64,000 nt of DNA, taken from Nitriliruptorales bacterium. GTDB lineage: Bacteria > Actinomycetota > Nitriliruptoria > Nitriliruptorales > JAHWKO01. Below, in pieces: positions 1 to 8,686 of the stretch. The stretch is taken from the NCBI GenBank assembly GCA_046263195.1, contig JBHELG010000033.1:4364-68363 (forward strand). The letters run 5' to 3'. Position 1 is the stretch's first letter. Every line of letters starts with the position of its first letter. Under the pieces are notes generated by a model that saw only the letters and a list, made by a program, of their open reading frames with translations, ran no database searches and was not told the DNA's origin. A program made the translations under genes and the position numbers.

Positions 1-438
1 CGTCGTCGTCTGCCACCGCACGCTCCGGGGGCCCGGCCGACCATGCACCCGCGTGCTGCAATCAGCTGCTCTGGCGTGCTCGACCTGGCTCGAGCAGCGG
101 AGCAGGGAGTCGGGTCCGGAGCCGTGGTGGAGCTGCTCGGCGGACTGCCGGACGACGCCCCGGAGCGGTACGAACTCGTCTCACCCGCGGCGCGCGTCCC
201 GATCGGCGTTCCGACCGTCGTGCTCCACGGGGAGGACGACAACATCGTTCCCCCGTCACAGAGCCGGACGTACGCCGAACTTGCCATCAGCGCTGGTGAC
301 CCTGTCCAACTCGTCGAGTTGCCGGGGATCGGCCACTTCGACTTCCTCGATCCCGCCTCCATGGCATGGCAGTCGGTAGTCGATCGGCTGCCCGAATTGC
401 TGCAAGCCCCTGGACGGGCCGAAGGCCGCTTCCGCTGA
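1..438 (+). CDS. alpha/beta-fold hydrolase, C-terminal fragment (gene begins upstream of the window)
   Basis: ORF track 43..438; the frame is open back to nt 1. 'VVLHGEDDNIVPP...LPGIGHFDF' looks like the acid/His end of an alpha/beta hydrolase catalytic triad. Confidence 0.5.
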   Translation, partial: RRRLPPHAPGARPTMHPRAAISCSGVLDLARAAEQGVGSGAVVELLGGLPDDAPERYELVSPAARVPIGVPTVVLHGEDDNIVPPSQSRTYAELAISAGDPVQLVELPGIGHFDFLDPASMAWQSVVDRLPELLQAPGRAEGRFR

Positions 439-1210
439 ACTCTTGCAGGGCGCTGCGGACCACAGGATGCCGAGGCACGGTCAGGTCGAGAGCACGGATG
501 AGGGCCTGCACCGCGGGACGCACAAGCGCCGTGGCAGGAGGCGGCCAGCGCAATCCATAGAGCTCGCGGGCTCGTGGGGGCAGGATACCTACCGCCGCAG
601 CCACCACGACCGCCCACAGGGGCCGTAGCAAGGGAGGCATCGGGGGGGCGAGGAGCGTGCGCATGGCGTCACGGGTCGTCTCGGAGACGCACAGCCCCCG
701 AACCTCGCGCAGGTACCTCTGGAGCTGCGCGACGGAGGCAGGTACCTCGTCAGCCGCCAATCCAACCAACTCGCCTGCCCGCACCATCTCGGCGACGTAG
801 CGGTCGGCGTCCGCCGCCGAGAGCCGTCCCCCGTAGACCTGATAGGCGGTGAGGAACGAGTCGACTTCGACTGTGTGCACCCACAGCAGCAACTCGGGGT
901 CGTCGGCCCGGTAGGGTCGCCCGCTGATCGGGTCGACTCCCGCAACCTTGGCGTGCACCGCCCGTACCCGTGCCCCGGCCGTCTCGGCCGCCTCGGTGTC
1001 CCCGAATGTGGTGGTGATCAGATACTCGCTCGTGCGCCCGAGGCGGGCCCAAGGGTCGCGACGAAACGTGCTGTGCTGGTCCACCGCGGCCATCGCACGG
1101 GGCTCGAGCGCCTGCACGAGCAGGGCTCGCAGCCCTCCGATGATCATGCTGCGGTGGGCATGAATCCGCCAGGTCACGCTGTGGGGACCAAACAGGCCGT
1201 AGTCGCGCAT
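287..1210 (-). CDS. DUF2236 / MpaB-family oxygenase-like protein
   Basis: Inside ORF 287..1462(-). I start it at the ATG on complement 1208..1210 ('MRDYGLFGPHSVTWRIH...LLVQALEP...DPELLLWVH'). The 84 upstream codons are R/S/T-rich and look non-coding. The 3' end overlaps the convergent hydrolase ORF by ~150 nt, so one C-terminus may be shorter. Confidence 0.65.
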   Translation of the reverse strand: MRDYGLFGPHSVTWRIHAHRSMIIGGLRALLVQALEPRAMAAVDQHSTFRRDPWARLGRTSEYLITTTFGDTEAAETAGARVRAVHAKVAGVDPISGRPYRADDPELLLWVHTVEVDSFLTAYQVYGGRLSAADADRYVAEMVRAGELVGLAADEVPASVAQLQRYLREVRGLCVSETTRDAMRTLLAPPMPPLLRPLWAVVVAAAVGILPPRARELYGLRWPPPATALVRPAVQALIRALDLTVPRHPVVRSALQEFSGSGLRPVQGLAAIRAADRLPTAMPWRRDRGSRSGRSPATRRVGQGHQR

Positions 1211-1259
1211 CCTCCGCAGATTACGCGCAGGCGGCCACCCTGGCGGTACGCTTCCGAAA

Positions 1260-1637
1260 ATGGGCAAGCTGCGGGAATTCGTCCACCGCCTCGTCACCCC
1301 CGTCGACGAGATCCAGCGGGAGGAGTTGGCGGCCTTCTGTGAGCAGATGCCCACGACATCAATCGTCGACGTGCGCCCGCGGCAGCGGGTCCGGGTCGTA
1401 GGTGAAATCGAATATGTTCGCACCGTCCCCCGCTCAGGCGCCCCGAGCCTCGAGGTGGGCATGACCGACGGGCACCACCGGGTCCTGGCGGAGTTCCTGG
1501 GACGCCGGAGCGTTCCGGGAATTCAGGTGGGGCGCAGGCTCATCATCTCCGGGGTGGCAGCGCCGGAGGGACGCATCTACCGCATCGTGAACCCGGAGTA
1601 CGAGCTGTTGCCGACGCCGGGACGCCGGGACGTCTGA
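1260..1637 (+). CDS. small OB-fold nucleic-acid-binding-like protein (trkA-neighbour family)
   Basis: ORF track, 125 aa, 'RVRVVGEIEYVRTVPRSGAPSLEVGMTDG'. It resembles the OB-fold protein usually found next to trkA/ceoBC in actinobacteria. Family recalled from memory, not searched. Confidence 0.55.
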   Translation: MGKLREFVHRLVTPVDEIQREELAAFCEQMPTTSIVDVRPRQRVRVVGEIEYVRTVPRSGAPSLEVGMTDGHHRVLAEFLGRRSVPGIQVGRRLIISGVAAPEGRIYRIVNPEYELLPTPGRRDV

Positions 1638-1641
1638 CGCC

Positions 1642-2301
1642 TCAACGGCCGGTCAGCAGCCGTCGCACATCATCCTCCGTCTCAGGGGTGACGAGCGCGA
1701 GCACTTCGTCACCAGGCGCGAAGACCGTGTCGCCGCGCGGCACGAAGACGTGGTCGTGACGCACGACCGCGACGAAGGTCGCGTCGCGGGGCGTGTCGAG
1801 ATCCATGATCCGTCGATCCACGACCGGCGCGTCCTCCGCCAACGTCACCTCCACGAGACGGATCTTGCCGCCTTCGAGCATGAGGAGGCGGACGAGGTCA
1901 CCAACGGTCAGTGCCTCCTGTACGAGCGACGTGACCAGGTGGGGGGTCGAGACGGACACGTCGACGCCCCAGGCCTCCGTGAACAGCCAGGAGTTCTCGG
2001 GATGGTTCACGCGAGCGATGACCCGTGGCACCGCGAACTCCTGCTTCGCGAGCAGGGATATGACGAGGTTGTCCTCGTCGTCGCCCGTGACGGCAACCAT
2101 CACGTCGACGCTGTCGAGGCGGGCTGCGGCGAGTGAGGAGAACTCGCACGCATCCGCCACGTGCCACTCGACATGGCTCAGGTGCGCCCGCTCGACCACC
2201 TCCGGGTCCTGCTCGATGAGCAGAACCTCGAAGCCGCTCGCCTCTAGCGTGCGAGCCACGTACTGTCCCACGTTCCCCGCGCCGGCGATCGCCACGCGCA
2301 T
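1642..2301 (-). CDS. trkA: Trk system potassium uptake protein TrkA (RCK: TrkA-N + TrkA-C)
   Basis: Last 219 codons of ORF 1642..2964(-), from the ATG on complement 2299..2301. 'MRVAIAGAGNVGQYVA' is a Rossmann GxGxxG. The upstream half of the 440-aa ORF is an out-of-frame read of the neighbouring trkA. Confidence 0.9.
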   Translation of the reverse strand: MRVAIAGAGNVGQYVARTLEASGFEVLLIEQDPEVVERAHLSHVEWHVADACEFSSLAAARLDSVDVMVAVTGDDEDNLVISLLAKQEFAVPRVIARVNHPENSWLFTEAWGVDVSVSTPHLVTSLVQEALTVGDLVRLLMLEGGKIRLVEVTLAEDAPVVDRRIMDLDTPRDATFVAVVRHDHVFVPRGDTVFAPGDEVLALVTPETEDDVRRLLTGR

Positions 2302-2957
2302 CAGCGCCGCCCCGCCTCGAGCCGGGCCTGCAAGTCCCCGAGTGCAGCGACGGCGACGACAAGATGGATGATGTCGTTCTCCTGGCCGATGAGATCCTCG
2401 GAAGCCACGTGCGCCTCCCCGAAACGGCTGACCGAGGCCAGGCGAATGCGGCCCGGCTCCTCCAGGGAGGTGAGTCGACGGCCTACCCAGGCGACGGGCA
2501 GGTCCCGTTCGACGAGGCAGACCCGTCCGGTCGGATCCACCCAATCCTGGCTCGTGTCCCCTGGAAAGAGGCGCCGCAGTACCTGATCGGTGGTCCACGC
2601 CACCGTCGGCACTGTCGGGATCCCCAGGCGCTGGTAGATGACGGCCCGTCGAGGGTCGTAGATGCGGGCGACCACCCGTTCCACCCCGTAGGTCTCCCGC
2701 CCGATCCGAGCCGACAAGATGTTCGAGTTGTCCCCGTTCGTGACGGCGGCAAGACCTCCGGCTTCCTCGATGCCGGCTGCGGCGAGTGCGTCGCGGTCGA
2801 AGCCGAGGCCTGTGACGCGCTGTCCGCGGAAGGTCTCGGGCAGCCGCCGAAACGCCTGCGGGGCCTTGTCGATGACCGACACCGTGTGTCCGCCGTCCTC
2901 CAGACGTTGGGCCAAGCCGCTGCCCACCCGCCCGCAGCCGATCACCACGACATGCAC
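2301..2957 (-). CDS. trkA: Trk system potassium uptake protein TrkA, second paralogue
   Basis: ORF track 218 aa, GTG start, 'VVVIGCGRVGSGLAQRL' GxGxxG plus a TrkA-C region. Its TGA shares one base with the ATG of the downstream trkA (TGATG). Confidence 0.9.
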   Translation of the reverse strand: MHVVVIGCGRVGSGLAQRLEDGGHTVSVIDKAPQAFRRLPETFRGQRVTGLGFDRDALAAAGIEEAGGLAAVTNGDNSNILSARIGRETYGVERVVARIYDPRRAVIYQRLGIPTVPTVAWTTDQVLRRLFPGDTSQDWVDPTGRVCLVERDLPVAWVGRRLTSLEEPGRIRLASVSRFGEAHVASEDLIGQENDIIHLVVAVAALGDLQARLEAGRR

Positions 2958-2980
2958 GCCCCACTCCTATGCCACACGTG

Positions 2981-4153
2981 TCACCAGCGGAGGAGCGCCG
3001 CGACTCCCCCGTGCACCCGCAGCGCCTCGGCGGCTTCCTCCTCGACCGGAGTGACCTGGGCGCCCGTTGCCACCGCCCGCTGGATCATGCGCTCCAAGAG
3101 GAGCGGCTCCTCGACGGTCTCCTGCACCGTGGGCATCTGATCGCTCGTGTAGAGCAGGCCCTCGGGAGTGCGGTAACCGGAGAACGAGGCGTCAACGTCG
3201 AACAGCAGCCGTTCGACCCGCCCCTCGTTCAGGGAGGCGAGCACGTCGTCCAGGCCGAGCGCGCCGGCCCCGCCTGCCAGGGTGCGATTCTTCGCCTCGT
3301 CGACGAGGTTGAGCTCGCGCTCCCGGCGCACCGACTTCAGCAGGTCCCAGGCCGACTCGGCGATGTTGTTGGGGGCTTCATCACCCCATGACAGGTCGAA
3401 GACGAGAAGGTGTTCACCCGGAGACGGGTGCAACTCCTCCGAGAAGGGCTTCGTGAGTCGAGGATCACCGGCTACTACGAGCCGATCCCATCTGCGACGG
3501 TTGGCGATGTCTGCGATCACACCGGCCTGCTCCCGCAGGAAGCGGTTACGGTTCTCGTCGACCCGCTCTTCGTAGCGGTCACGTCGATGGCCTCCGGGTC
3601 GCGTGTCGAGCGGCTGTGCGGGGGCAGGCCCGCTGTGCTCGCGCCAATCACGCCCTCCGACCGTGAACATCTCGTGAAAGAGCTCTTCAGCCTCGCCGAC
3701 ACGCCATTCGAGCAGCCGGACCCCCCGGTTGTGGACGACCGCGATCCCGGCAGGACGCCCTTCGTCGTAGACAGCCACGAGCGGACGAACGTAGGCGCTC
3801 CCGTCGAATACCACCCGATCCTGGAAGGGGGTTTGGACCGCGACGGTCTCGGTCCGGTCATCCGCCACCGTGGCGAACAAGGCCCGGCCGCGCCCGTAGC
3901 GGGAGGCGTCGAGCAGCCGCTCGAGGTCAGGTTCAAGCTTTTCCATGCGTTCCGACAAGGCGACCCAGTGGTCGTGTGGGCCGGTTTCCTTCACGCGCTG
4001 ACGGAGATTTCGTAGCTCGTTACGAATCGCGATCGGCCATCCCGGTCGGGGCTCGGCCGCACGCTCTGGCGTGATTCCGACGAAGACCGACAGCACACCC
4101 ACGTCGTCGCGCAGGTTGATGAGGTCGAGGATCGTCTGCTCGTCAAGACCCAT
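2981..4153 (-). CDS. bacterial aeRF1-like protein (baeRF / Vms1-ANKZF1-type release-factor/peptidyl-tRNA-hydrolase superfamily), function unknown
   Basis: ORF track 390 aa. Three-part architecture ending in an eRF1/Pelota domain-3-like tail ('ALGLDDVLASLNEGRVERLLFD...AEALRVHGGVAALLRW'), with a central 'TVGGRDW' loop. Assignment by remembered family features only. Confidence 0.55.
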   Translation of the reverse strand: MGLDEQTILDLINLRDDVGVLSVFVGITPERAAEPRPGWPIAIRNELRNLRQRVKETGPHDHWVALSERMEKLEPDLERLLDASRYGRGRALFATVADDRTETVAVQTPFQDRVVFDGSAYVRPLVAVYDEGRPAGIAVVHNRGVRLLEWRVGEAEELFHEMFTVGGRDWREHSGPAPAQPLDTRPGGHRRDRYEERVDENRNRFLREQAGVIADIANRRRWDRLVVAGDPRLTKPFSEELHPSPGEHLLVFDLSWGDEAPNNIAESAWDLLKSVRRERELNLVDEAKNRTLAGGAGALGLDDVLASLNEGRVERLLFDVDASFSGYRTPEGLLYTSDQMPTVQETVEEPLLLERMIQRAVATGAQVTPVEEEAAEALRVHGGVAALLRW

Positions 4154-4309
4154 GCCATCACCCTAGCAACGGTCCGGCAGCCCGAATGACCGGCTCGGGC
4201 GAGGTCACACTGGTAGCGTTGCCGGCCTTTGGCACAACTCGAGGATCGTGGCTTCCATCATCGTCTGCGAGCCCTGCCCGGGGAGCGCCGTCGTGCATGA
4301 GGCAGCTGT

Positions 4310-5290
4310 GTGAGAAAGCTCTTCTACGCTGTCTCGGCCCTCCTCATCGGTTTGGCCCTTTGGGTCGTGCCATTGCCCTTCTACGTCGTCCAGCCGGAAC
4401 CGGCCGTTCCGGTACTGGATGCCGTGCGGGTCACGGGCGCGCCCGACAGGTTGACCGGGGACCTGATGATCACGACGGTCAATCTCGTGCCTGCGAGCAC
4501 CTTCAAGGCGGTGGACGCCCAGTTCTTCGATTCCAACGCCGAGCTCCTCCCCGCCGATGCGGTCATACCAGAGGGCGTCCGCGAGCAGGAGTTCCTGGAG
4601 GCGCAGGCGCACCTGTTCGACGAGAGCGTGCGGGTAGCCACAACGGTGGGGTTACGCCTCACCGGCCGCGAGGTGTCGCTGTCGGGGGAGGGCGCCGAGG
4701 TGCTGCAGGTGACGCCGGGCAGCCAGGCGGAGGGGTTACTGCAGCCGGGCGATGTCGTCGTGGCCGTCAACGGTGAGCCTGTCAGTCTCGCGACCGATCT
4801 TGCGGTGCGAACCATGCGCGCGGCTCCCGGCGAGCAGCTCCGGCTTGGGGTGCGACGCGGAGACGCCGAGCTCGACGTGGAGGTGGCGGTCGGAGCGATC
4901 CCAGGCACGTCACAGACGGGACTCGGCGTCGCGGTCAGGACGGCGAACGAGCAGATCGCGCTACCGCCGGGTATCGCCGTCGAAGACGTCTCCAAGATCG
5001 GGGGCCCCTCCGCAGGGCTCGTGCTTGCGCTCGCCGTCTACGACCTCTTCGACCCGGTGGATCTCACCCGGGGACGGCGCATCGCGGGCACGGGCACAGT
5101 GAGCCTGTCGGGAGTGGTGGGACCCATCGGCGGGGTGGAGGAGAAGGTTCGGGGCGCCGAACTCGCGCAGGCGACCGTGTTCCTCGCCCCTGCCGAGCAG
5201 GCGGCGCGGGCGCGGGAAGTTTCACCCGAAGGACTCGAGGTGGTTGGGATATCCACGGTCGAAGAAGCCATCGAGGCGTTGAGACGCTGA
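4310..5290 (+). CDS. PDZ-domain Lon-like (S16) serine protease, YlbL/SdrC-type, N-terminal membrane anchor
   Basis: ORF track 326 aa, GTG start. It has an N-terminal TM segment, a PDZ-like '[17 protein letters not shown]', and the Lon catalytic motif '[15 protein letters not shown]'. Confidence 0.8.
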   Translation: MRKLFYAVSALLIGLALWVVPLPFYVVQPEPAVPVLDAVRVTGAPDRLTGDLMITTVNLVPASTFKAVDAQFFDSNAELLPADAVIPEGVREQEFLEAQAHLFDESVRVATTVGLRLTGREVSLSGEGAEVLQVTPGSQAEGLLQPGDVVVAVNGEPVSLATDLAVRTMRAAPGEQLRLGVRRGDAELDVEVAVGAIPGTSQTGLGVAVRTANEQIALPPGIAVEDVSKIGGPSAGLVLALAVYDLFDPVDLTRGRRIAGTGTVSLSGVVGPIGGVEEKVRGAELAQATVFLAPAEQAARAREVSPEGLEVVGISTVEEAIEALRR

Positions 5291-5884
5291 TGGGGGGTGG
5301 TCGGCGTCACGACCGCAACGGGCGAGGAAGTTCGCGAGCAGGTGAGGACCGACCGTGGTCAAGATCGACTCGGGATGGAACTGAACCCCTTCGACATCGA
5401 ATCGGCGGTGCCGCAAGCCCATCACGAGTCCACCGGCGGTCTCTGCCGTGATCTTCAGATCGCCGGGGAAGGTCTCGCGCTCGACGATGAGGGAATGGTA
5501 ACGGGTGGCCTCGAACGGCACGGGCAGGCCCGTGAGCACCCCTTCCCCCCGGTGGTAGATCTGGCTCGTCTTGCCATGCACGAGCTCGGGCGCGCGCACT
5601 ATCCGGCCGCCGTAGACCTCACCGATGCACTGGTGACCCAGGCAGACGCCCAGCAGAGGCGTTTTGCCGGCGACTGCCCGTACCACTTCGCACGACAAGC
5701 CAGCGTCAGCTGGGCTGCCGGGGCCGGGGCTGATCACCACCCCATCGGGCAGTTCAGTCAGCAGCTCTTCGATGGTGAAGGCGTCGTTGCGAGCCACCTC
5801 CACCTCTGCTCCGAGCTCGCCAAGCTGCTGAACGAGGTTGAACGTGAATGAGTCGTAATTGTCGATGACAAGGACACTGGTCAT
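5222..5884 (-). CDS. trpG: glutamine amidotransferase of anthranilate/aminodeoxychorismate synthase (TrpG/PabA)
   Basis: ORF track 220 aa. '[16 protein letters not shown]', 'GVCLGHQ' (catalytic Cys) and 'FHPES' are all present. Synteny with sortase and crgA matches actinobacteria. The last ~23 codons overlap the convergent protease gene. Confidence 0.9.
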   Translation of the reverse strand: MTSVLVIDNYDSFTFNLVQQLGELGAEVEVARNDAFTIEELLTELPDGVVISPGPGSPADAGLSCEVVRAVAGKTPLLGVCLGHQCIGEVYGGRIVRAPELVHGKTSQIYHRGEGVLTGLPVPFEATRYHSLIVERETFPGDLKITAETAGGLVMGLRHRRFDVEGVQFHPESILTTVGPHLLANFLARCGRDADHPPSASQRLDGFFDRGYPNHLESFG

Positions 5885-5968
5885 TCACGTTCCTTGAAGA
5901 CATCCGCGAAGCTGGAACGCTACCGTTCCGTGCGGCGTCTCTGCACCAGTCGACGAAAGAGCGCCCAC

Positions 5969-7030
5969 ATGCGGAATCTGCCCCCCGCGGTGGCGCTCCT
6001 GCGAGAACGCCTGGAAGCGGCCCTCACGGACGAGGTCAACCGCCTGTGGTCTCGGCTCGTCGGTCTACACCCCTACCTCGCCCCGCTAGCCGATGAACTC
6101 CGCGCCTTCGTGCTTCGCGGCGGGAAACGACTACGACCGCTGTTCGTACTCCTCGGCTTCCAAGCCGCGGGAGGGGGGGATCCGCAGGCGGTCATGGGTC
6201 CTGCGCTGGCCCTCGAGCTTCTCCACACCTGCGCTCTTGTCCATGATGATGTCATTGACCGTTCGGCTCTGCGCCGAGGTCATCCCGCTGTCCACGCTGC
6301 CTTTGCTGGGCGCCACCCGGTGCAAGGGTGCCGCGATCGCTATGGGGAGGCGGTCGCGATTCTGCTCGGAGACCTGGCGTTCGTACAGGCCGACGAGCTC
6401 TTTCTTCGCAGCGAGGTCCCGTCATCGCGGCTGCTCGCCGCCTTTCGCGTGTTCACGACGATGCGAGAAGAGCTCACCGCCGGTCAGTTTCTCGACGTGG
6501 AGGCGTCGCGGAGCGGGGCGACCTCGATCGAGCTCGCGCTGGCGGTAGCGCGCTACAAGTCAGGCAGCTATTCCGTCGCCCGACCGCTCGAGATCGGCGC
6601 GCGACTTGCCGACGGCGGTGACGGTCTCTCGCATAGGCTCGCGGCGGCTGGCCTGCCGCTCGGACAGGCCTTCCAGCTGCGCGACGACGTTCTGAGCGTG
6701 TTCGGGGCGGAAGCGGAAACGGGCAAGCCCACTCTGTCAGACCTCGCCGAGGGCAAGCGGACCTTGCTCGTCGCTCTCACCGCCGAGCGGCTCGACGCCG
6801 CGTCCCGAGCTCGTTTCGATGCCCTCCTCGGCCGTTCCGACCTTTCCGACGAGCAGGCCGACGAACTGCGCGGGCTCATGCGAGCCTCCGGAGGTCTGGC
6901 TGCGACGGAACGCTGGACCGACGAGCTGTTCAACCAGGCGATGGAGCAGCTGGAAGCAATCCCGATCGCCGAAGGGACGCGAGACGAACTGAGGGACCTC
7001 GCCCTCTACCTCGTCTCGCGGCACGCTTGA
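5969..7030 (+). CDS. polyprenyl (geranylgeranyl-type) diphosphate synthase
   Basis: ORF 5894..7030 begins with TTG; I prefer the ATG at 5969. First DDxxD is 'LVHDDVIDRS', second is 'FQLRDDVLSVFG'. Confidence 0.85.
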   Translation: MRNLPPAVALLRERLEAALTDEVNRLWSRLVGLHPYLAPLADELRAFVLRGGKRLRPLFVLLGFQAAGGGDPQAVMGPALALELLHTCALVHDDVIDRSALRRGHPAVHAAFAGRHPVQGCRDRYGEAVAILLGDLAFVQADELFLRSEVPSSRLLAAFRVFTTMREELTAGQFLDVEASRSGATSIELALAVARYKSGSYSVARPLEIGARLADGGDGLSHRLAAAGLPLGQAFQLRDDVLSVFGAEAETGKPTLSDLAEGKRTLLVALTAERLDAASRARFDALLGRSDLSDEQADELRGLMRASGGLAATERWTDELFNQAMEQLEAIPIAEGTRDELRDLALYLVSRHA

Positions 7031-7043
7031 CCGGATGCCGCCG

Positions 7044-7193
7044 CTACAGACCAGCATGCCGTGGTCCCAACGAGGCGGAGATGCTCGGGTTCTCCATGTA
7101 GGACTCGACCCAGGGGAAGACCACGGTGAACAACAGCCACAGCGTGGCCACGACGACGAACACGACGATCACGACCCGGATGAAGCGTTTCAC
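7044..7193 (-). CDS. unlisted 49-codon membrane peptide, translationally coupled to the sortase gene
   Basis: Read by hand; below the ORF-track size cut-off. A GTG on complement 7191..7193 overlaps the sortase TGA (GTGA). It encodes 'VKRFIRVVIVVFVVVATLWLLFTVVFPWVESYMENPSISASLGPRHAGL*', one TM helix. About 44 of 48 codons end in G/C. Confidence 0.45.
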   Translation of the reverse strand: MKRFIRVVIVVFVVVATLWLLFTVVFPWVESYMENPSISASLGPRHAGL

Positions 7194-7816
7194 AGCAGCA
7201 CGGAGAACACGACGAGCCGTCTGGCCGCGCTGAACCGCGGGTGGCAGGTCGTCATGGTCATGGTCGGCTCACCGGTACCAAGGGGGTCATGACCCAAGAC
7301 CCACACGTCACCCGGATCCACGATCCGACTGGTCCTGACGACATAGATCCACTCGCGTCCCTGGCGGTCGACGACGTGCACCCGGTCGCCCGGACCGAGT
7401 TGGTCGAGATGGTAGAAGGGGGCGCCGTAGGTCGTGCGATGTCCGGCGACGGCAAAGTTGCCCACGCTGCCCGGGGAAGCGGTGGCAGGGTAGTGGCCAG
7501 GGCCACGCTTCAGGCGCTCTTTTTCGATGCCATCCACGATGAACAGGGGTCCCTCGCGCACGATCGGCGCCGCGCTGCCCGGACGCTTGAACCAGAGAGC
7601 AGCGTAAGCATCACCGTCTCTTGCAAGGGCGTCAGGGGCAGCGCCCGGTGCGGGCAATGGCAGTGCGCCGACCTTCGCCTGCCAGGTGGCGAGCAGGTCC
7701 TCCTGAGCTCTCTCCGTCGTGATGTTCGTGAAAGCAAGCAGGTAGACCACGTAGAGCAGCACGAGCGTGCCCCCGGCGATGAGCGTCCAACCCACTGCGC
7801 GGAGGATCCGCGCCAT
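7190..7816 (-). CDS. class E-like sortase
   Basis: Inside ORF 7190..7909(-). Start taken at the ATG on complement 7814..7816 ('MARILRAVGWTLIAGGTLVLL', signal-anchor); an alternative ATG is at 7861. 'VAGHRTTYGAPF' and 'TMTTCHP' (TLxTC-type active site) are present. Confidence 0.85.
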   Translation of the reverse strand: MARILRAVGWTLIAGGTLVLLYVVYLLAFTNITTERAQEDLLATWQAKVGALPLPAPGAAPDALARDGDAYAALWFKRPGSAAPIVREGPLFIVDGIEKERLKRGPGHYPATASPGSVGNFAVAGHRTTYGAPFYHLDQLGPGDRVHVVDRQGREWIYVVRTSRIVDPGDVWVLGHDPLGTGEPTMTMTTCHPRFSAARRLVVFSVLL

Positions 7817-7872
7817 GCGCACCTCCTCGTCGCCGCTACCATCCGCGGGTCGTCGATACATCTGGACCGAAG

Positions 7873-8118
7873 GTGCCGAGGAGCAGACACCGCCGCAAGG
7901 GCAAGTCACGTCCTCGACCGCAACTGGCTGCCGGCCCGGTTGTGAAGCCGAGACCGAGTCCGCGCTGGGTTCCGGTCGTCGGACTCTCGCTGATCGGACT
8001 CGGGCTCCTCGTCGTCCTGGTCAACTACCTGCCCGGTCTGTTCGAGACGAACTGGCTTCTGCTCGCGGGGCTAGTCCTCATGACCGGAGGGTTCGTTCTG
8101 CTGACGACCTGGCGCTAG
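7873..8118 (+). CDS. crgA: cell division protein CrgA
   Basis: ORF track 81 aa. Basic N-terminus 'MPRSRHRRKGKSRPRP' followed by two TM helices. The position next to sortase and trpG is the conserved actinobacterial arrangement. Confidence 0.8.
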   Translation: MPRSRHRRKGKSRPRPQLAAGPVVKPRPSPRWVPVVGLSLIGLGLLVVLVNYLPGLFETNWLLLAGLVLMTGGFVLLTTWR

Positions 8119-8322
8119 CAAGCCTGTAGTAACAGGCGTGTGATTCGTCCCCAGGTTTGTCAACAGCTGTGGGTGGCCCTCCTCATGGTCGTTCACCGCA
8201 GCTCGGGAGTGGCCTCCTGTTGCCGCGCGTCGCACTCGGATCCAGGTTCCCGTTCCCAGTCCACCGACCACGACGACGATGAGCACGACTCCGAAGAGCA
8301 GCAGCAATTCGTTCAGACCCAT
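8071..8322 (-). CDS. small single-pass membrane protein (hypothetical)
   Basis: ORF track 83 aa. The ATG at 8320..8322 is preceded by a near-ideal AAGGAG-5nt spacer directly after the stop of the upstream small gene. N-terminal TM 'LLLLFGVVLIVVVVGGLG'. The 3' third has weaker codon bias, crosses the crgA hairpin and overlaps crgA. Confidence 0.4.
   Translation of the reverse strand: MGLNELLLLFGVVLIVVVVGGLGTGTWIRVRRAATGGHSRAAVNDHEEGHPQLLTNLGTNHTPVTTGLLAPGRQQNEPSGHED
8122..8137 (+). terminator. short hairpin just after the crgA stop (GCCTGT-AGTA-ACAGGC)
   Basis: Perfect 6-bp stem with a 4-nt loop, 4 nt after the crgA TAG at 8116..8118. No U-tract. It lies inside the 8071..8322(-) ORF. Confidence 0.3.
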
Positions 8323-8331
8323 GTCAACTCC

Positions 8332-8637
8332 TTATTCGCGCATGAGCTCGATGCGTTCGTGCATGCGTTCGCCGCAGTGACGCGGAGGGGCCTGCGCGCC
8401 GCGTACGAGCAGCAAGAGTTCAGCCCCGCACGGTTCGCACCAGTAGAGAGTTCGTTCGGGCCGGTTCAACACGGGCTCGGGCTTGTCGACCCTGGCAGGA
8501 GCGCCCGCTGCCATACTGCGAAGAGTCGCCGTCCCGACCCGGAAGATCGCATAGCCGAGCAGGGGCGCGAGGACCCACTTCGGGTCGAAGACGACAGCAA
8601 TGACGAGAGCCGCGGCTGCGACGAGGATCCAGATCAC
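8332..8637 (-). CDS. hypothetical membrane protein with C-terminal CxxC...HC zinc-ribbon-like motif
   Basis: ORF track 101 aa, GTG start, strong third-position GC bias. Two N-terminal hydrophobic segments, then 'YWCEPCGAELLLLVRGAQAPPRHCGERM'. Confidence 0.55.
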   Translation of the reverse strand: MIWILVAAAALVIAVVFDPKWVLAPLLGYAIFRVGTATLRSMAAGAPARVDKPEPVLNRPERTLYWCEPCGAELLLLVRGAQAPPRHCGERMHERIELMRE

Positions 8638-8686
8638 GTCGAAAGGCTACGAGGTTTCCGTCCCGATCGCTGTGAAAGACGTGGCC

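Noticed and set aside
287-438. ~150-nt convergent overlap between the hydrolase fragment and the DUF2236 gene as a possible functional antisense arrangement
   Set aside because: It is more likely that one of the two C-termini is over-extended; the DUF2236 tail '...RSGRSPATRRVGQGHQR' looks non-coding. This cannot be resolved without homologue alignment.
1642-2964. 440-aa ORF that could be read as a single large TrkA-like protein
   Set aside because: The N-terminal 220 residues are Arg/Gly/Pro-rich and are simply the +1 frame of the upstream trkA (2301..2957). The real gene starts at the ATG at 2301 with the GxGxxG motif.
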